A stretch of DNA of 64,000 nt from Squalus acanthias (taxonomy: Eukaryota). Numbering within the stretch: the first letter of the stretch is position 1; every line of letters starts with the position of its first letter. A program made the translations under genes and the position numbers. Below are positions 51,303 through 64,000 of this stretch, piece after piece. The notes under the pieces are model-generated. The model was given only the letters and a program-made list of their open reading frames with translations. It did not search any database and had not been told where the DNA came from. Location: the NCBI GenBank assembly GCA_030390025.1, contig CM059432.1, positions 111,540,001 to 111,604,000 on the forward strand, in the 5' to 3' direction.

Positions 51303-52072
51303 GGCCCAGAAATTTGGCTCCCTGGCTTCCCGCGGGTGCAAGGATCTCACGCGCACCTACCAACTGCGCCTGCCGTTGACCTCTGGACCCATGGGGACTT
51401 CAGCTCCTGGGCCTCCTGCAGCTGCTGGCGCGCAGTGCTTGCGTGTCCCAGGGGTGTAGTTAGTGCGATGCGTCCCCTGGGATCACGTGGGCCATGGAGA
51501 GCCAATGGCAGCAGACCATCTTTCATTCATAGATTTGACAGGAAGACCTGTCAAATCTATGAAATGAAATCGGCCCCAAAACAACACCTAAACTTCAAAT
51601 ACATTTTTTTTAAAACCATCACGTTTTTAAAATAACTATAAGTTAAATAAATTAACTACTTTAAACAAAAATTTTAATTTTTGAAAAAATTAAAATACTT
51701 TTTAACAGTGCTAAAAATAAACTTACCTTTCTTTAAAGTACCTAAAAAAGATAAACCTGTTGAAAAAAATTTTAAATTGTAATTAATTAACCACTTACCT
51801 TGTTAAAAACGGGTCTTGCGCCTCCTTTTTAAAAGTGCAGCTTCTTCCATACTTACCTTCCCGGAGAAACCTGAAAAAAAAACCAAGTTCGCTGCGCGCA
51901 CGCGCGCAGCCTCTCCCGTGCACGCGGTTCACCTAGGAACCGCCCCCTTCACGAGACCGGAAGTTCCGGTTTCCCGCGCATGCACAGTGCATGCAGGAAA
52001 CCAGCACTTCAGGTGGCCTTACGGATGAGTTCACAGCGTGCACTCACCCGGCAATTGCCGAATTTTTGGCCT
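51303..52072 (-). mobile_element. Harbinger-type MITE family X, copy 2
   Basis: TIRs GGCCCAGAAATTTGGC / GCCGAATTTTTGGCCT. TSD CAT at 51300-51302 and 52073-52075. Confidence 0.9.
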
Positions 52073-52866
52073 CATAACACGATTAGGCAGAGTCAGCATG
52101 GTTTTATGAAAGGGAAATCGTGTTTGATAAATTTATTAGGGTTTTTTGAGGATGTAACTAGCAGGGTAGATAAAGGGGAACCAGTGGATGTAGTATATTT
52201 GGATTTTGAAAAAGTATTCGATAAGGTGCCACATAAAAGGTTATTACACAAGATTAGGGCTCACGGGGTTGGGGGTAATATAGTAGCATGGATAGAGGAT
52301 TGGTTAACAGACAGAAAAAAGAGAGTAGGGATGAACGGATCTTTTTCAGGTTGGTAGGCTGTAACTAGTGGGGTGCCGCAAGGATCAGTGTTGCGGCCTC
52401 AGTTATTTACAATATATATTAATGACTTAGATGAAGGGACCGAGTGTAATGTATCCAAGTTTGCTGATGATACAAAGCTAGGTGGGACAGTAAACTGAGG
52501 CGAACACAAAGAGTCTGTAAAGGGATATAGATAGACTAAGTGAGTGGGCAGTAAGGTGGCAGATGGAGTATAATGAAGGGAAATGTGAGGTTATTCACTT
52601 TGGTAGGAATAATAGAAAAACAATATTTTTTAAATGGTGAGAAACTTTCAAATGTTGGTGTTCAGAGTGATTTGGGTGTCCTCATGCAAGAAACACAGAA
52701 AGCTAGCATGCAGGTACAGCAAGCAATAAAGAAGACACATGGCATGTTGGCCTTTATTGCAATGGGTTTGGAGTATAAGAGTAAGGAAGTCTTGCTACAA
52801 TTGTACAGGGCCTTTGTGAGACCACACCTGGAGTACTGAGCACAGTTTTGGTCTCCTTATCTAAGG

Positions 52867-55800
52867 TCGAGGCCCAGGAGCGAGGATGGGGCCCAGGGGC
52901 GAGGACGAGCCCAGCAGCGAGGTCGAGGCCCAGGAGTGGCGCAGCGTGGACCAGCAGCGGGGTCGGGAGGACCACACTGCAGCCTATGAAACCCAGGCAG
53001 AGAGGACCTGCGGGAAGGAGGGAGGAGGACAGTAGGAGTATGTTTGTGTGTGTGTGCTAGGCCATTGTAGCAGAGCCTGGTCTCCATTCGTCTTGGATCC
53101 CTTTGCCATTGGACCAAGACCTTCCTCTGTCAAGCCCATGTGGTAGCTGGTGTGCAACGGCGACCCCACGTTAAAAGAATCCACGCACAGGCATCTTCCA
53201 CCCTTTAAAATGAAGTTCGGGACCTGGAACGTCAGGACCCTCATGGACAACCCCAACAGCGACAGACCGAAACATCGTACTGCTATCGTTGCCCAGGAGC
53301 TCAGACATAAACATGTTTCGACATAGACATCGCGGCCCTAAGGAAGACTCGGTGGGCAGGGGAAGGCCAGCTCAAGGAGCAAGGCGGTGGTTACACCTTC
53401 TTCTGGAAAGGCAAACCTGAAGAAGAATGCAGCCTCCATGGGGTAGGCTTCGCCATAAAAAATGAGCTAGTTGAACGTCTCAGAATCTCCCCTTGTGGAA
53501 TAAACGAACGCCTCATGACTCTACGGCTCACCCTAGCCCGGAACCAGTGCGCTACGGTCATCAGTGCGTACGCCCAAATACTGGAAGCCACAGACAAGAC
53601 CAAAGAGGAATTCTACTCCAGCCTCGAACAATACCTGTCCCGAGCTCCTTGGTGACTTTAATGCCAGAGTTGGAAAGGACGCAAACCTCTGGGGAGATGT
53701 GATTGGCAGAGAGGGGGTAGGGAAAGCCAACTCCAACGGTACCCTCCTCCTGACGAAATGCTTAGAACATGGCCTTGTCATAACCAACACCTTGTTCCGT
53801 CAGAGAGACAAGTACAAGGCTTCATGGCAACACCCTCGCTCCAAGCAGTGGCATCTGCTGGACTACGTCATCATCTGAGCGAGGGACCGCATGGTCGTCC
53901 GCATCACCCACGCCATGACAGGAGCTGACAACTGCTGGACAGACCACCGCCTAATCCGTTCTGTCATCTCCATCAATGTAGCCACAAAACAGCTGCGGCA
54001 ACAGAAGCAATGGCGCAGGAAAATCAACACTGGAGCACTCAAAGACCCTGCTAAGAAAGTCCTATTCAGCCTGCGCCTCACAACCAACCTGACGACTCCC
54101 AGTGATTCAGAGACACAGAGTGTCCACAGCGCCTGGTCTGCACTCAAGGCCCCCATAATCAGCACCTGTGAAGAGACGCTCGGTCACTCGACCAGGTAAC
54201 ACCAAGACTGGTTCGACCAGAACGACCAGGAGATCCAGGAGCTAATAAGCCGCAAGCACAAGGCATTCTTGATCTGGAAACAGCAACAGAACTCGAGAGC
54301 AAGAAAGCAGCTCCACAGACGCCTGAAGGCTGAGGTCCAACAAAAAACTCGCGATCTAAAGAACAGATAGTGGGTGGAGAAAGCGCAGGAGATCCAGCAG
54401 CTAGCCGACAACCACGACGTGCGTGGATTCTTTAGTGCAGTTAAGATCACCTACAGCCCAAGCACCCAAGGTCCTACCCCACTGCGGGCCAAGAACGGAG
54501 AGGTTCTCAAGGTCAGAGAGGCAGTGCCCGCTGGAAGGAGCACTTCGAAGATCTCCTTAACCGAGACTCTGTCTTCGACGCGAGTGTCCTCAACTCTATC
54601 CTGCAGCATGCTACCCGCCACCATCTCAGCACAACCCCAGCCCGGCATGAGGTTGAAGAGGCCATCCGACAACTGAAGAACAGCAAGGCCTCAGGAGCAG
54701 ATGGAATCCACGTCAAAGCACTAAAACATGGCGGAGAAGCACTATTGGCGTGAATACATGAACTATTTTCTCTTATTTGGAAGGAGGAGAACATGCCAGG
54801 GGATCTCAGAGATGCCGTAATCGTGACCATCTTCAAGAAAGGTGACATGTCTGATTGCAGTAATTACAGAGGAGTCTCCCTGCTGTCTGCCACAGGGAAA
54901 GTCATCGCAAGAATCCTCCTCAATCGCTTTCTCCCAGTGGCTGAAGAGCTCCTCCCAGAGTCGCAATGCGGATTCCGCCCACTAAGGGGCACAATGGACA
55001 TGATCTTCACCGCACGTCAACTACAAGAGAAATGCAGGGAACAGCACCAACCGCTGTACATGGCCGCCTTTGATCTCACAAAGGCCTTCGACACCATCAA
55101 CTGTGAGGGATTATGGAGTATCCTCAAATTCGGCTGCCCTCAAAAGTTTGTCACCATCCTCCGGCTGCTTCACGATGACATGCAAGTCGTGATCCTGACC
55201 AACGGATCCACCACAGACCCAATTCATGTACGGACCGGGATCAAGCAAGGCTGTGTCATCGCACCAACGCTCTTCTCAATCTTCCTGGCTGCAATGCTCC
55301 ATCTCACCCTCAGTAAGCTCCCCGCTGGAGTGGAGCTAATCTACAGAACAAATGGGAAACTGTTCAACCTCCATCGCTGCCAGTTCAGATCCAAGGTCGT
55401 CCCATCCTCTGTCATCGAATTACAGTATGCAGACAACGCTTGAGTCTGCGGTCACTCTGAGGCCGAACTCCAAACCATCGTCAACACCTTCACTGAAGCG
55501 TACAAGAGCATGGGCCTTACACTAAACATCTGTAAGACAAAGGTCCTCTACCAAACTGCCCCCACCACACAGTACTGCTCCTCAATTATCAAAATCCATG
55601 ACGAGTCCTTGGACAACGTGGACCACTTTCCATACCTCGGGAGCCTACTGTCAACAAGGGCAGACGTCGATTACGAAGTCCAACACCGCCTTCAGTGTGC
55701 CAGTGCAGCCTTCGGTTGCCTGAAGAAGAGAGTGTTTGAAGACCAGGACCTCAAACCCAGCACCAAGCTCATGGTCTACAGAACAGTAGTGATACCCGCC

Positions 55801-56428
55801 CTCCTGTATGCTTCAGAGACATGGACCATGTACAGCAGGCACCTCAAAGCATTGGGGAGGTACCACCAATGTTGCCGCCGCAAGATCCTGCAAATCCATT
55901 GGCAGGATAGGCACACCAACGTCAGTGTTCTCGCTCAGGCCAACATCCACAGCATCGAAGCTTTGACCACGCTCGATCAGCTCCAATGGATGGGCCACAT
56001 CGTCTGCATGCCCGATACCAGACTCCCAAAACAAGCGCTCTACTCAGAGCTCCGACACGGCAAGAGAGCCCCAGGTGGGCAGAGGAAACGCTTCAAGGAC
56101 ACCCTCAAAGCCTCCTTGGAAAAAGTGCAACATTCCCACCGACACCTGGGAATCCCTGGCCCAAGACCGCACAAAGTGGAGGAGAAGCATCCAGGAAGGC
56201 GCCGAACACCTCGAGTCTCTTCGCCGGGAGCAAGCGGAAGCCAAGCGCAAACAGTGGAAGGAACTCACGTCAACCCAAGCACCCCACCCACCCGCCCCTT
56301 CAACCACCGTCTGCCCCACCTGTGACAGAGACTGTAGGTCCCACATTGGACTCACCTGAGAACTCATTTTTAATGTGGAAGCAAGTCATCCTCGGTTCCG
56401 AGGGACTGCCTAAGAAGAAGAGAAGAAG
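52867..56428 (+). mobile_element. Full-length RTE-clade LINE, degenerate
   Basis: MKFGTWNVRTL, LGDFNARVG, WTDHRL, NYRGVSLL, QCGFR, KQGCVIAP, LQYAD. (AAG)n tail. TSD ATCTAAGG at 52859-52866 and 56429-56436. Confidence 0.95.
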
Positions 56429-58058
56429 ATCTAAGGAAGGATATACTTGCCTTGGAGGCGGTGCAATGAAGGTTCACTGGATTGATTCCTGGGATGAGAG
56501 GGCTGTCCTATGATGAGAGATTGTGTAGAATGGGCCTATACTCTCTGGAGTTTAGAAGAATGAGAGCTGATCTCATCGAAACCTATATGATTCTGAAGGG
56601 GATTGACAGGGTAGATGCTGAGAGGTTGTTTCCCCTGGCTGGAGTGTCTAGAACTAGGGGGCATAGTCTCAGGATAAGGGGTCAGCCATTTAAGACTGAG
56701 ATGAGAAGGAATTTCTTCACTCAGAGTGTTGTGAATCTTTGGAATTCTCTGCCCCAATTCAAGGCTGAGATCGATAGATTTTTGGAATCTAGGGGCATCA
56801 AGAGATATGGGGATCGGGCGGGAAAGTGGAGTTGAGGTCGATGATCAGCCATGATCTTATTGAATGGCGGAGCAGGCTCGAGGGGCTGTATGGCCTACTC
56901 TTGCTCTTATTTCTTAATTTCTTATTACACTAAAGTAAAAATTTGTTGTCCGCAGGTCCAATATCTGGCCATATTAATCCATATATATCTATGCCACAGA
57001 GATTTTCCATCATGCACAGCAGCTAACATGCCATCTATTTTCTAGTGTTATGTGCTTTTCTTGGACTACAACTGTTGCCAGGGGATAGATGGCCTCACTG
57101 CTGGAAGACCCAGCTGAAATCCCAGTATGATTCCCAGAGCCTATTTAGGAGATAACGAAGGAGTTTAATTCCGTCTATCTTTAGCACACTGCTTAACATA
57201 CTCCCATTGATTTCCTCATGTCCCAATTTAACACTAGGTTACCAACTATGTTAGAATGCTAGAGATCATTATTTAATGCAAACATGTTAATCAGTGTGCT
57301 GAACTAGAATAGAAATGATAGGTAAAGAAAGGATAGTATTTTAAATGAAAATCCAAGGCATTCAATAGGTTTCCCAAATACTCCCATTCACAAGGCTGAT
57401 CCATGGGTACATTTATATCCTCCTTTTTAACAGCTGCAATGCTCCCTTTAGTTAATTCACCCATGTTGTCTCACGAATGGCCCATTCAACACTAAACCTA
57501 ACTTAACAAGGGCATCTATTTTGTCCCAGACTCCGTTTTAAAATAAATTTATTTTTCTCTTGGAGGGAAAAGCTTGCTCTAATTGGACACATGCAGTTTG
57601 TCTGAGAAATGGGGAGCCTGACTTCGCTGGTGCACCTATCTGAACTGGTTCTGAGCAAAATGGATAGTCTTTCCTGTCACTGAGATGGTTTATCCTCTGC
57701 CGAGCAATCAGTTCTACTACTAAACAGAAAAATACTGCAAATGCTGGAACTCTGCAATAGAAACAGAAAATACACAGCAGGCCAGTCCGCCTCTGTGAAG
57801 AGAGAGACAGGGTAATGTTTTAGGTGTAAGACACTTCCTCACAAACCAGTTCCTTTGCTGCGGCAAGACGTCCTCCAAGAATCCTGAAATATTCAGGAGG
57901 CTCCGAACAGTTTTGTGAGTCACCTGATCACAAAGTCCTGGTCAATTGAAATGTGCCGGCTTTTTTCTGTTTTCCCCAAATCTTTTTGGAGTTACATTAT
58001 ATTCCTTTTAACTCACAGCTGGTCAATAAAAGTCAGTCAGACAGATTAACATTTTAAT

Positions 58059-58808
58059 GGGGCAGAAATTCGGCTCGCCACGGGTGAGTATGCACTATGT
58101 ACTCACCCGTGGACGGAACGAAAGTGCCGGTTTCTTGCATGCGCGGGAAACCGGCACTTCCGTTCCCCTGAGGAAAGGGGTTCAGAGGTCGAACGCGCAC
58201 GCCGGAGGGCCAGCGCGTTCGCCTCGCACTTCAGATTTTTTTACAGGTTCCTCCGTGAAGGTAAGCACGGAGAAGATACACTTTTAAAAAGGATGCGCAA
58301 GGCCTTCTTTTAACAAGGTAAGTGTTGATTTTATTAAAATTTAAACATTTTTTTCACAGATTTATCTTTTTTAATTACTTTAAAGAAAGGTAAGTTTAGT
58401 TTTAGCCCCGTTAAAAAATGTAATTACATTTTTCAAAAATTTAAATTTTTGTTTAAAATAGTTAATTAATGTAATTTATAGTTATTTGAAAAATGTGATT
58501 TTTTAAAAATTTATTTGTAGTTTTAGGGATGTTTTGGGGCCGATCTGTATTCATAGATTTGACAGGTTCCTGTCAAATCTATGAATGAAAGATGGTCTGC
58601 TGCCATTGGCTCTCCATGGCCCATGTGATCCCAGGGGACGCATCGCACTAACTGCGCCCCTGGGATACACAAGCACTGCGCGCCGGCAGCTGCAGGAGGC
58701 CCAGGAGCTGAAGTCCCCGTGGGCCCAGAGGTCAACGGCAGGTGCGGTAGGTAGGTGTGCGCACGATCCTTGCACCCGCGGGAAGCCAGGGAGCCGAATT
58801 TCTGGCCC
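58059..58808 (+). mobile_element. Harbinger-type MITE family X, copy 3
   Basis: 18-bp TIRs GGGGCAGAAATTCGGCTC / GAGCCGAATTTCTGGCCC. Confidence 0.9.
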
Positions 58809-58844
58809 ATTGTATTTTGATGATTTAAGGCTCATACACATAAA

Positions 58845-60066
58845 GTAAAATACACCGGATGCTGGAAATCTGAAAGAAAACCAGAGAATGCTGGAAATAG
58901 TCAGCAGGTCAGGCAGCATCTGTGGAGAGAGAAACAGAGTTAATGTTTCAGGTCGATGACCCTTCATCAGAACTGGAAAAAGTTACAGATGTAACAGGTT
59001 TTACGCAATTACAGAGGTAGGGAAAAGGGGGTGTGGGGGAGGAAAGAACAAAAGGGAAGGTTCCCCTCCCTCCCAGGACCACGATAGAGTTCCCCTTGTC
59101 CTCACCTTCCACCCCACCAGCCTCCACATTCAATGGATCATCCTCCGCCATTTCTGTCACCTTCAGCGTGATCCCACCACCAAACACATCTTCCCCTCAC
59201 CTCCCCTTTCAGCATTCCGAAGGGACCGTTCCCTCTGCGACACCCTGGTCCACTCCTCAATCACCCCCAACAGCCCCGCCCCTTCCCACGACGCCTTCCC
59301 ATGCAAGCGCAGGAGATGCAACGCCTGCCCTATTACCTCCTACTTTACCACTGTCCAGGGCCCCAAACATTCCTTCCAGGTGAAACAGTGATTTACTTGT
59401 ACTTCTTTCAATTTAGTATACTGTATTCGCTGCTCATGATGTGGTCTCCTCTACATTGGGGAGACCAAATGCAGCTTGGGTGATTGCTTTGCTGAACAGC
59501 TCCATTCAGTCCGTAAGGGTGACCTTGAGCTTCCAATTGCTTGCCATTTTAATTCTCCGCCCACTCCCACTCTGACCTCTCCGTCCTCGGCCTCTTACAC
59601 TGTTCCAATGCAGCTCAATGTAAGCTCGAGGAACAGCACCTCATCTTTCGATTAGGCACTTTACAACCTTCTGGACTCAACATCGAGTTCAACAATTTCA
59701 GACCATAACCTCTGCCCCTATTTTTTTTATTCTCTCATATGGCAGCTGTTGATGATTCTGCCATTGCCATTTACACCTCATCTAGACCCATCTTTTGTTT
59801 CTTTACTTGTCCCATTACCATCTACTTTTGCCTTTGCATCATCATCCCTTTTGTCATTTACTCTCTCCTGCCTTCCACCCTATCACAGACCTTCCCTATT
59901 GTTCTTTCCTCCCCTCCCCACCTTCTCTACCTCTGCAATTGCTTAAAACCTGTTACATCTCTAACTTTTTCCAGTTCTGATGAAAGGTCATCGACCTCAA
60001 ACACTAACTCTGTGTCTCACTCCACAGATGCTGCCTGACCTGCTGAGTATTTCCAACATTTTCTGT
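58845..60066 (+). mobile_element. Penelope-like element (family A): GIY-YIG endonuclease remnant between inverted pseudo-LTRs
   Basis: FPCKRRRCNAC..FTCTSFNLVYCIRCS*CGLLYIGETK at about 59296-59470. 58880-59062 is an inverted copy of about 59890-60066. Hammerhead cores at about 58939-58975 (-) and 59973-60010 (+, GAAA changed to CAAA). Confidence 0.9.
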
Positions 60067-60557
60067 ATAGATGTATATATATATTAGTAAAATACAATAA
60101 AGTGTTAATTCTGCCAGATTGCAAAGTGGAATGTGTTTTTAGTCAGATAAATTTTTGAAAAAATGGTCCAACCCATAACCCTGTGCCTCTACTTCAAACA
60201 CTGATGCTCTTTCTCTGTTGGGAGTGTGAATGACTTCCAGGGCCCAAAGCAACACTTACTGATGAGCTTTTCCAGTCACTGCTGATTCCAGTTCTCAGAG
60301 CCTTCATGTTGACCTAGTTTATATAGCTTTTAGAAAAGAATGACACAATTTAAATATGAGTGCTCTTTCCTGATGATCCTGGGGCAGAAATCCATGGCCT
60401 TTGCAGCAGGAGTACAATGGAAGCACTGGAAAACAGACTGGTTGCGTCCCAGCCTGTGTTGCCAATATCTGTGGGGCCTTGTAAGGGATGGCGCCTCCCC
60501 TTTACAAGGCCCCCTGCATCAGAGGAAGAGGCGCTAGCGGTAGGGATTCCTCATTCC

Positions 60558-63500
60558 GCAGGGAACGGTAGTGTAGTGGTAATGTCACTGGGCTAGTAAT
60601 CCAGAGATGTGAGTTCAAATCCCACGACGGCAGCTGGGGAATTAAAAAATTCAGTTAATTAAATAAATCTGGAATAAAAAGCTAGTATCAGTAATGGTAA
60701 TCCATGAAACCACCGGATTCTCGTAAAAACCCATCAGGTTCACTAATGTCCTTTAGGGAAGGAAATCTGCCGTCCTTACCTGGTCTGGCCAATATGTGAC
60801 TCCAGACCCACAGCAATGTAGTTGACTTTTAACTGCCCTCTGAAATGGCCTAGCAAGTCACTTAGTTGTAACTAATCGCTATGAAGCACAATAATAAGAA
60901 TGAAACCGGACGGACCACCCGGCATCGACCTCGGCATCGGCTGCAGACACGGCAATGGCACACCCAGCCTACTCGACCCTGCAAAGTCCTCCTCACCAAC
61001 ATCTGGGGACTTGTGCCAAAATTGGGAGAGCTGTCACACAGACTAGTCAAGCAACAGCCTGACATAGTCATACTCACAGAATCATACCTTTCAGCCAATG
61101 TCCCAAACTCCTCCATCACCATCCCTGGGTATATCCTGTCCCACTGGCAGGACAGACCCAACAGGGGTGGTGGCACAGTGGTATACAGTAGGGAAGGAGT
61201 GGCCTCAACATTGACTCCGCACCCCATGAAGTCTCATGGCTTCAGGTCAAGCATGGGCAAGGAAACCGCCTCCTGATTACCACCTAGCGCCCTCCCTCAG
61301 CTGATGAATGTTGAACACCACTTGGAAGAAGCACTGAGCGTAGCAAGGGCACAGAATGTACTCTGGGTGGGGGGCTTCAATGTCCATCACCAAGAGTGGC
61401 TCGGTAGCACCACTACTGACTGAGCTGGCTGAGTCCTGAAGGATATAACTGCCAGTCTGGGCCTGCGACAGGTGGTGAGAGAACCAACACGAGGGAAAAA
61501 CCTACTTGACCTCGTCCTCACCAATCTACCTGTCGCAGATGCATCTGTCCATGACAGTATTGGTAGCAGTAACCACAGCACAGTCATTGTGGAGATGAAG
61601 TCTCGTCTTCACACTGAGGACACCCTCCATCGTGTTGTGTGGCACGACCACTGTGCTAAATGGGGTAGATTCAGAACAGATCTAGCAGCTCAAAACTGGG
61701 TATCCATGAGGTGCTGTGGGCCATCAGCAGCAGCAGAATTGTATTCCATCACAATCTGTAACCTCATGGCCTGGCATATCTCTCACTGTACCATTACCAT
61801 CAAGCCAGGGGACCAACCCTGGTTCAATAAGGAGTGTAGAAGAGCATGCCAGGAGTAGCACCAGATGTACCTAAAAATGAGGTGCCAACCTGAGGAAACT
61901 GCAACACAGGACTACATGCATGCTAAAAAGCAGAAGCAGCATGCTATAGACAGGGCTAAGCGATCCCACAATCAACGGATCAGATCAAAGCTCTGCAGTC
62001 CTGCCACATCCAGTCGTGAATGGTGGTGGACCATTAAAGTCACTTAGTTGTAACTAATCGCTATGAAGCACAATAATAAGAATGAAACCGGACGGACCAC
62101 CCGGCATCGACCTCGGCATCGGCTGCAGACACGGCAACGGCACACCCAGCCTACTCGACCCTGCAAAGTCCTCCTCACCAACATCTGGGGACTTGTGCAA
62201 AATTAACGGGAGGAGGAGGCTCCAAGAATATCCCCATCCTCAATGATGGTGGAGCCCAGCCCGTGAGTGCAAAAGACAAGGCTGAAGCGTTTGCAACCAT
62301 CTTCAGCCAGAAGTGCCGAGTGGATGATCCATATCGGCCTGCTCCCGAGGTCCCCACCATCACAGAAGCCAGTCTTCAGCCAATGCGATTCACTCCACGT
62401 GATGTCAAGAAACGGCTGAGCGCACTGGATACAGCAAAGGCAATGGGCCCCGACAACATCCCAGCTATCGTGCTGAAGACTTGTGCTCCAGGACTAGCCA
62501 TGCCTCTATCCAAGCTGTCCCAGTACAACTACAACACTGGCATCTATCCGACAATGTGGAAAACTGCCCAGGTATGTCCTGTCCACAAAAAGCAGGACAA
62601 ATCCAACCCGGCCAATTACCGCCCCATCAGTCTACTCTCAATCATCAGCAAAGTAATGGAAGGTGTCGTCGACAGTGCTATCAAGTGGCACTTACGCACC
62701 AATAACCTGCTCACTGATGCCCAGTCGGCTCCCGACCTCATTACAGCCTTGGTCCAAACATGAACAAAAGAGCTGAATTCCAGAGGTGAGGTGAGAGTGA
62801 CTGCCCTTGACATTAAGACAGCATTTGACCGAGTCTGGCATCAAGGAGCCCTAGTAAAACTGAAGTCAATGGGAATCAGGGGGGAAACGCTCCACTGGTT
62901 GGGGTCATATCGAGCACAAAGAAAGATGGTTGTGGTGGTTGAAGGTCAATCATCACAGCCCCAGGACATCGCTGCAGGAGTTCCTCAGGGCAGTGTCCTA
63001 GGCCCAACCATCTTCAGCTGCTTCATCTTCCCTCCAACATAAGGTCAGAAATGGGGATGTTCGCTGATGACTGCACAGTGTTCACCGCCATTCACAACTC
63101 CTCACATAATGAAGCAGCCCATGCCCGCATGCAAAAAGACCTGGATGACGTTCAGGCTTGGGCTGAGAAGTGGCAGGTAACATTCGCACCACAGAAGTGC
63201 CAGGCAATGACTATATCCAACCAGCGAGAGTCTAACCACCTCCCCTTGACATTCAACGGCATTACCATCACTGAATCCCCCACCATCCTCGGGGTCACCA
63301 TTGACCAGAAACTTAACTGGACCAGCCACATAAATAATGTGGCAACAAGAGCAGGTCAGAGGCTAGGTATTCTGCAGCGAGTGTCTCACCTCCTGACTCC
63401 CCAAAGCCTTTCCACCATCTACAAGGCACAAGTAAGGAGTGTGATGGAATACTCTCCACTAGCCTGGATGAGTGCAGCTCCAACAACACTCAAGAAGCTC

Positions 63501-63756
63501 GACACCATCCAGGACAAAGCAGCCCGCTTGATTGGCACCCCATCCACCACCTTAATCATTCACTCCCTCCACCACCGATGTACCGTGGCTACAGTGTGTA
63601 CCATCTACAAGATGCACTGCAGCAACTCGCCAAAGCTTCTTCGGCAGCACCTCCCAAACCCACGACCTCTTCCACCTAGAAGGACAAGGGCAGCAGGCGC
63701 ATGAGAACACCACCACCTCCAAGACGCCCACATCCCATAAATGAATTTTAAAAAAA
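60558..63756 (+). mobile_element. Full-length single-ORF CR1/L2-group LINE with a tRNA-like 5' head
   Basis: A box TAGTGTAGTGG 60569-60579 and B box GAGTTCAAATCC 60611-60622. APE starts at about 60881 (LLTNIWGL, DIVILTES, RGGGT). RT motifs [29 protein letters not shown]. Poly(A) end. Confidence 0.9.
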
Positions 63757-64000
63757 GTTCCCACATCCTCGGACCCATAGGGATCTAGTGTAAATTTGAA
63801 GGCCAGTACACTGAGTAAGAAATGACTTGCAGTCCCAGTCATGGGAGGCAGCCGAGACTCTGAAGACTTATAGTTATTTATTTCAATTTTGGCTAAAAAT
63901 AACCCGTTACAAAGGTGTTGCTCTTCAGTATTTCTGGAAGGGTGCCTTAACAGCCCCCACTCCGACCTGTCAGCAAGAGGCTAGATTTCCCTGCATCTTG

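Larger units (their letters stand above)
51003..56925 (+). mobile_element. CR1 LINE hosting a MITE and a full-length RTE
   Basis: RT pieces at 51003-51302, 52073-52866 and 56429-56925. Confidence 0.92.

Noticed and set aside
50748..51635. 295-aa ORF
   Set aside because: Chance read-through of unique DNA, CR1 RT and MITE.

Overview
Eukaryotic, repeat-dense DNA that is very probably from a cartilaginous fish (shark/ray), because it carries HE1-like V-SINEs, a Deu-domain SINE and abundant CR1. Most of the window is a nested mosaic of transposons: CR1, Vingi-like, RTE, L2 tails, a single-ORF CR1/L2-group LINE with a tRNA-like head, Penelope-like elements (PLEs), PIF/Harbinger derivatives, a hAT MITE and a solo LTR. 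Two + strand host exons (24673-24769 and 39948-40115) are joined by a 15.2-kb GC-AG intron and appear to encode the C-terminus of an alpha/beta-hydrolase-fold protein. The most notable structures are three palindromic, TSD-flanked PLE mini-insertions. Two of them carry intact minimal hammerhead ribozymes. The third is a perfect 132-bp palindrome whose axis falls on the predicted hammerhead cleavage site of its family. Also notable are a LINE that shares both head and tail with a SINE, and a locally templated 168-bp insertion inside that LINE. Family names come from motif recognition only, with no database search, and boundaries without TSDs are approximate.
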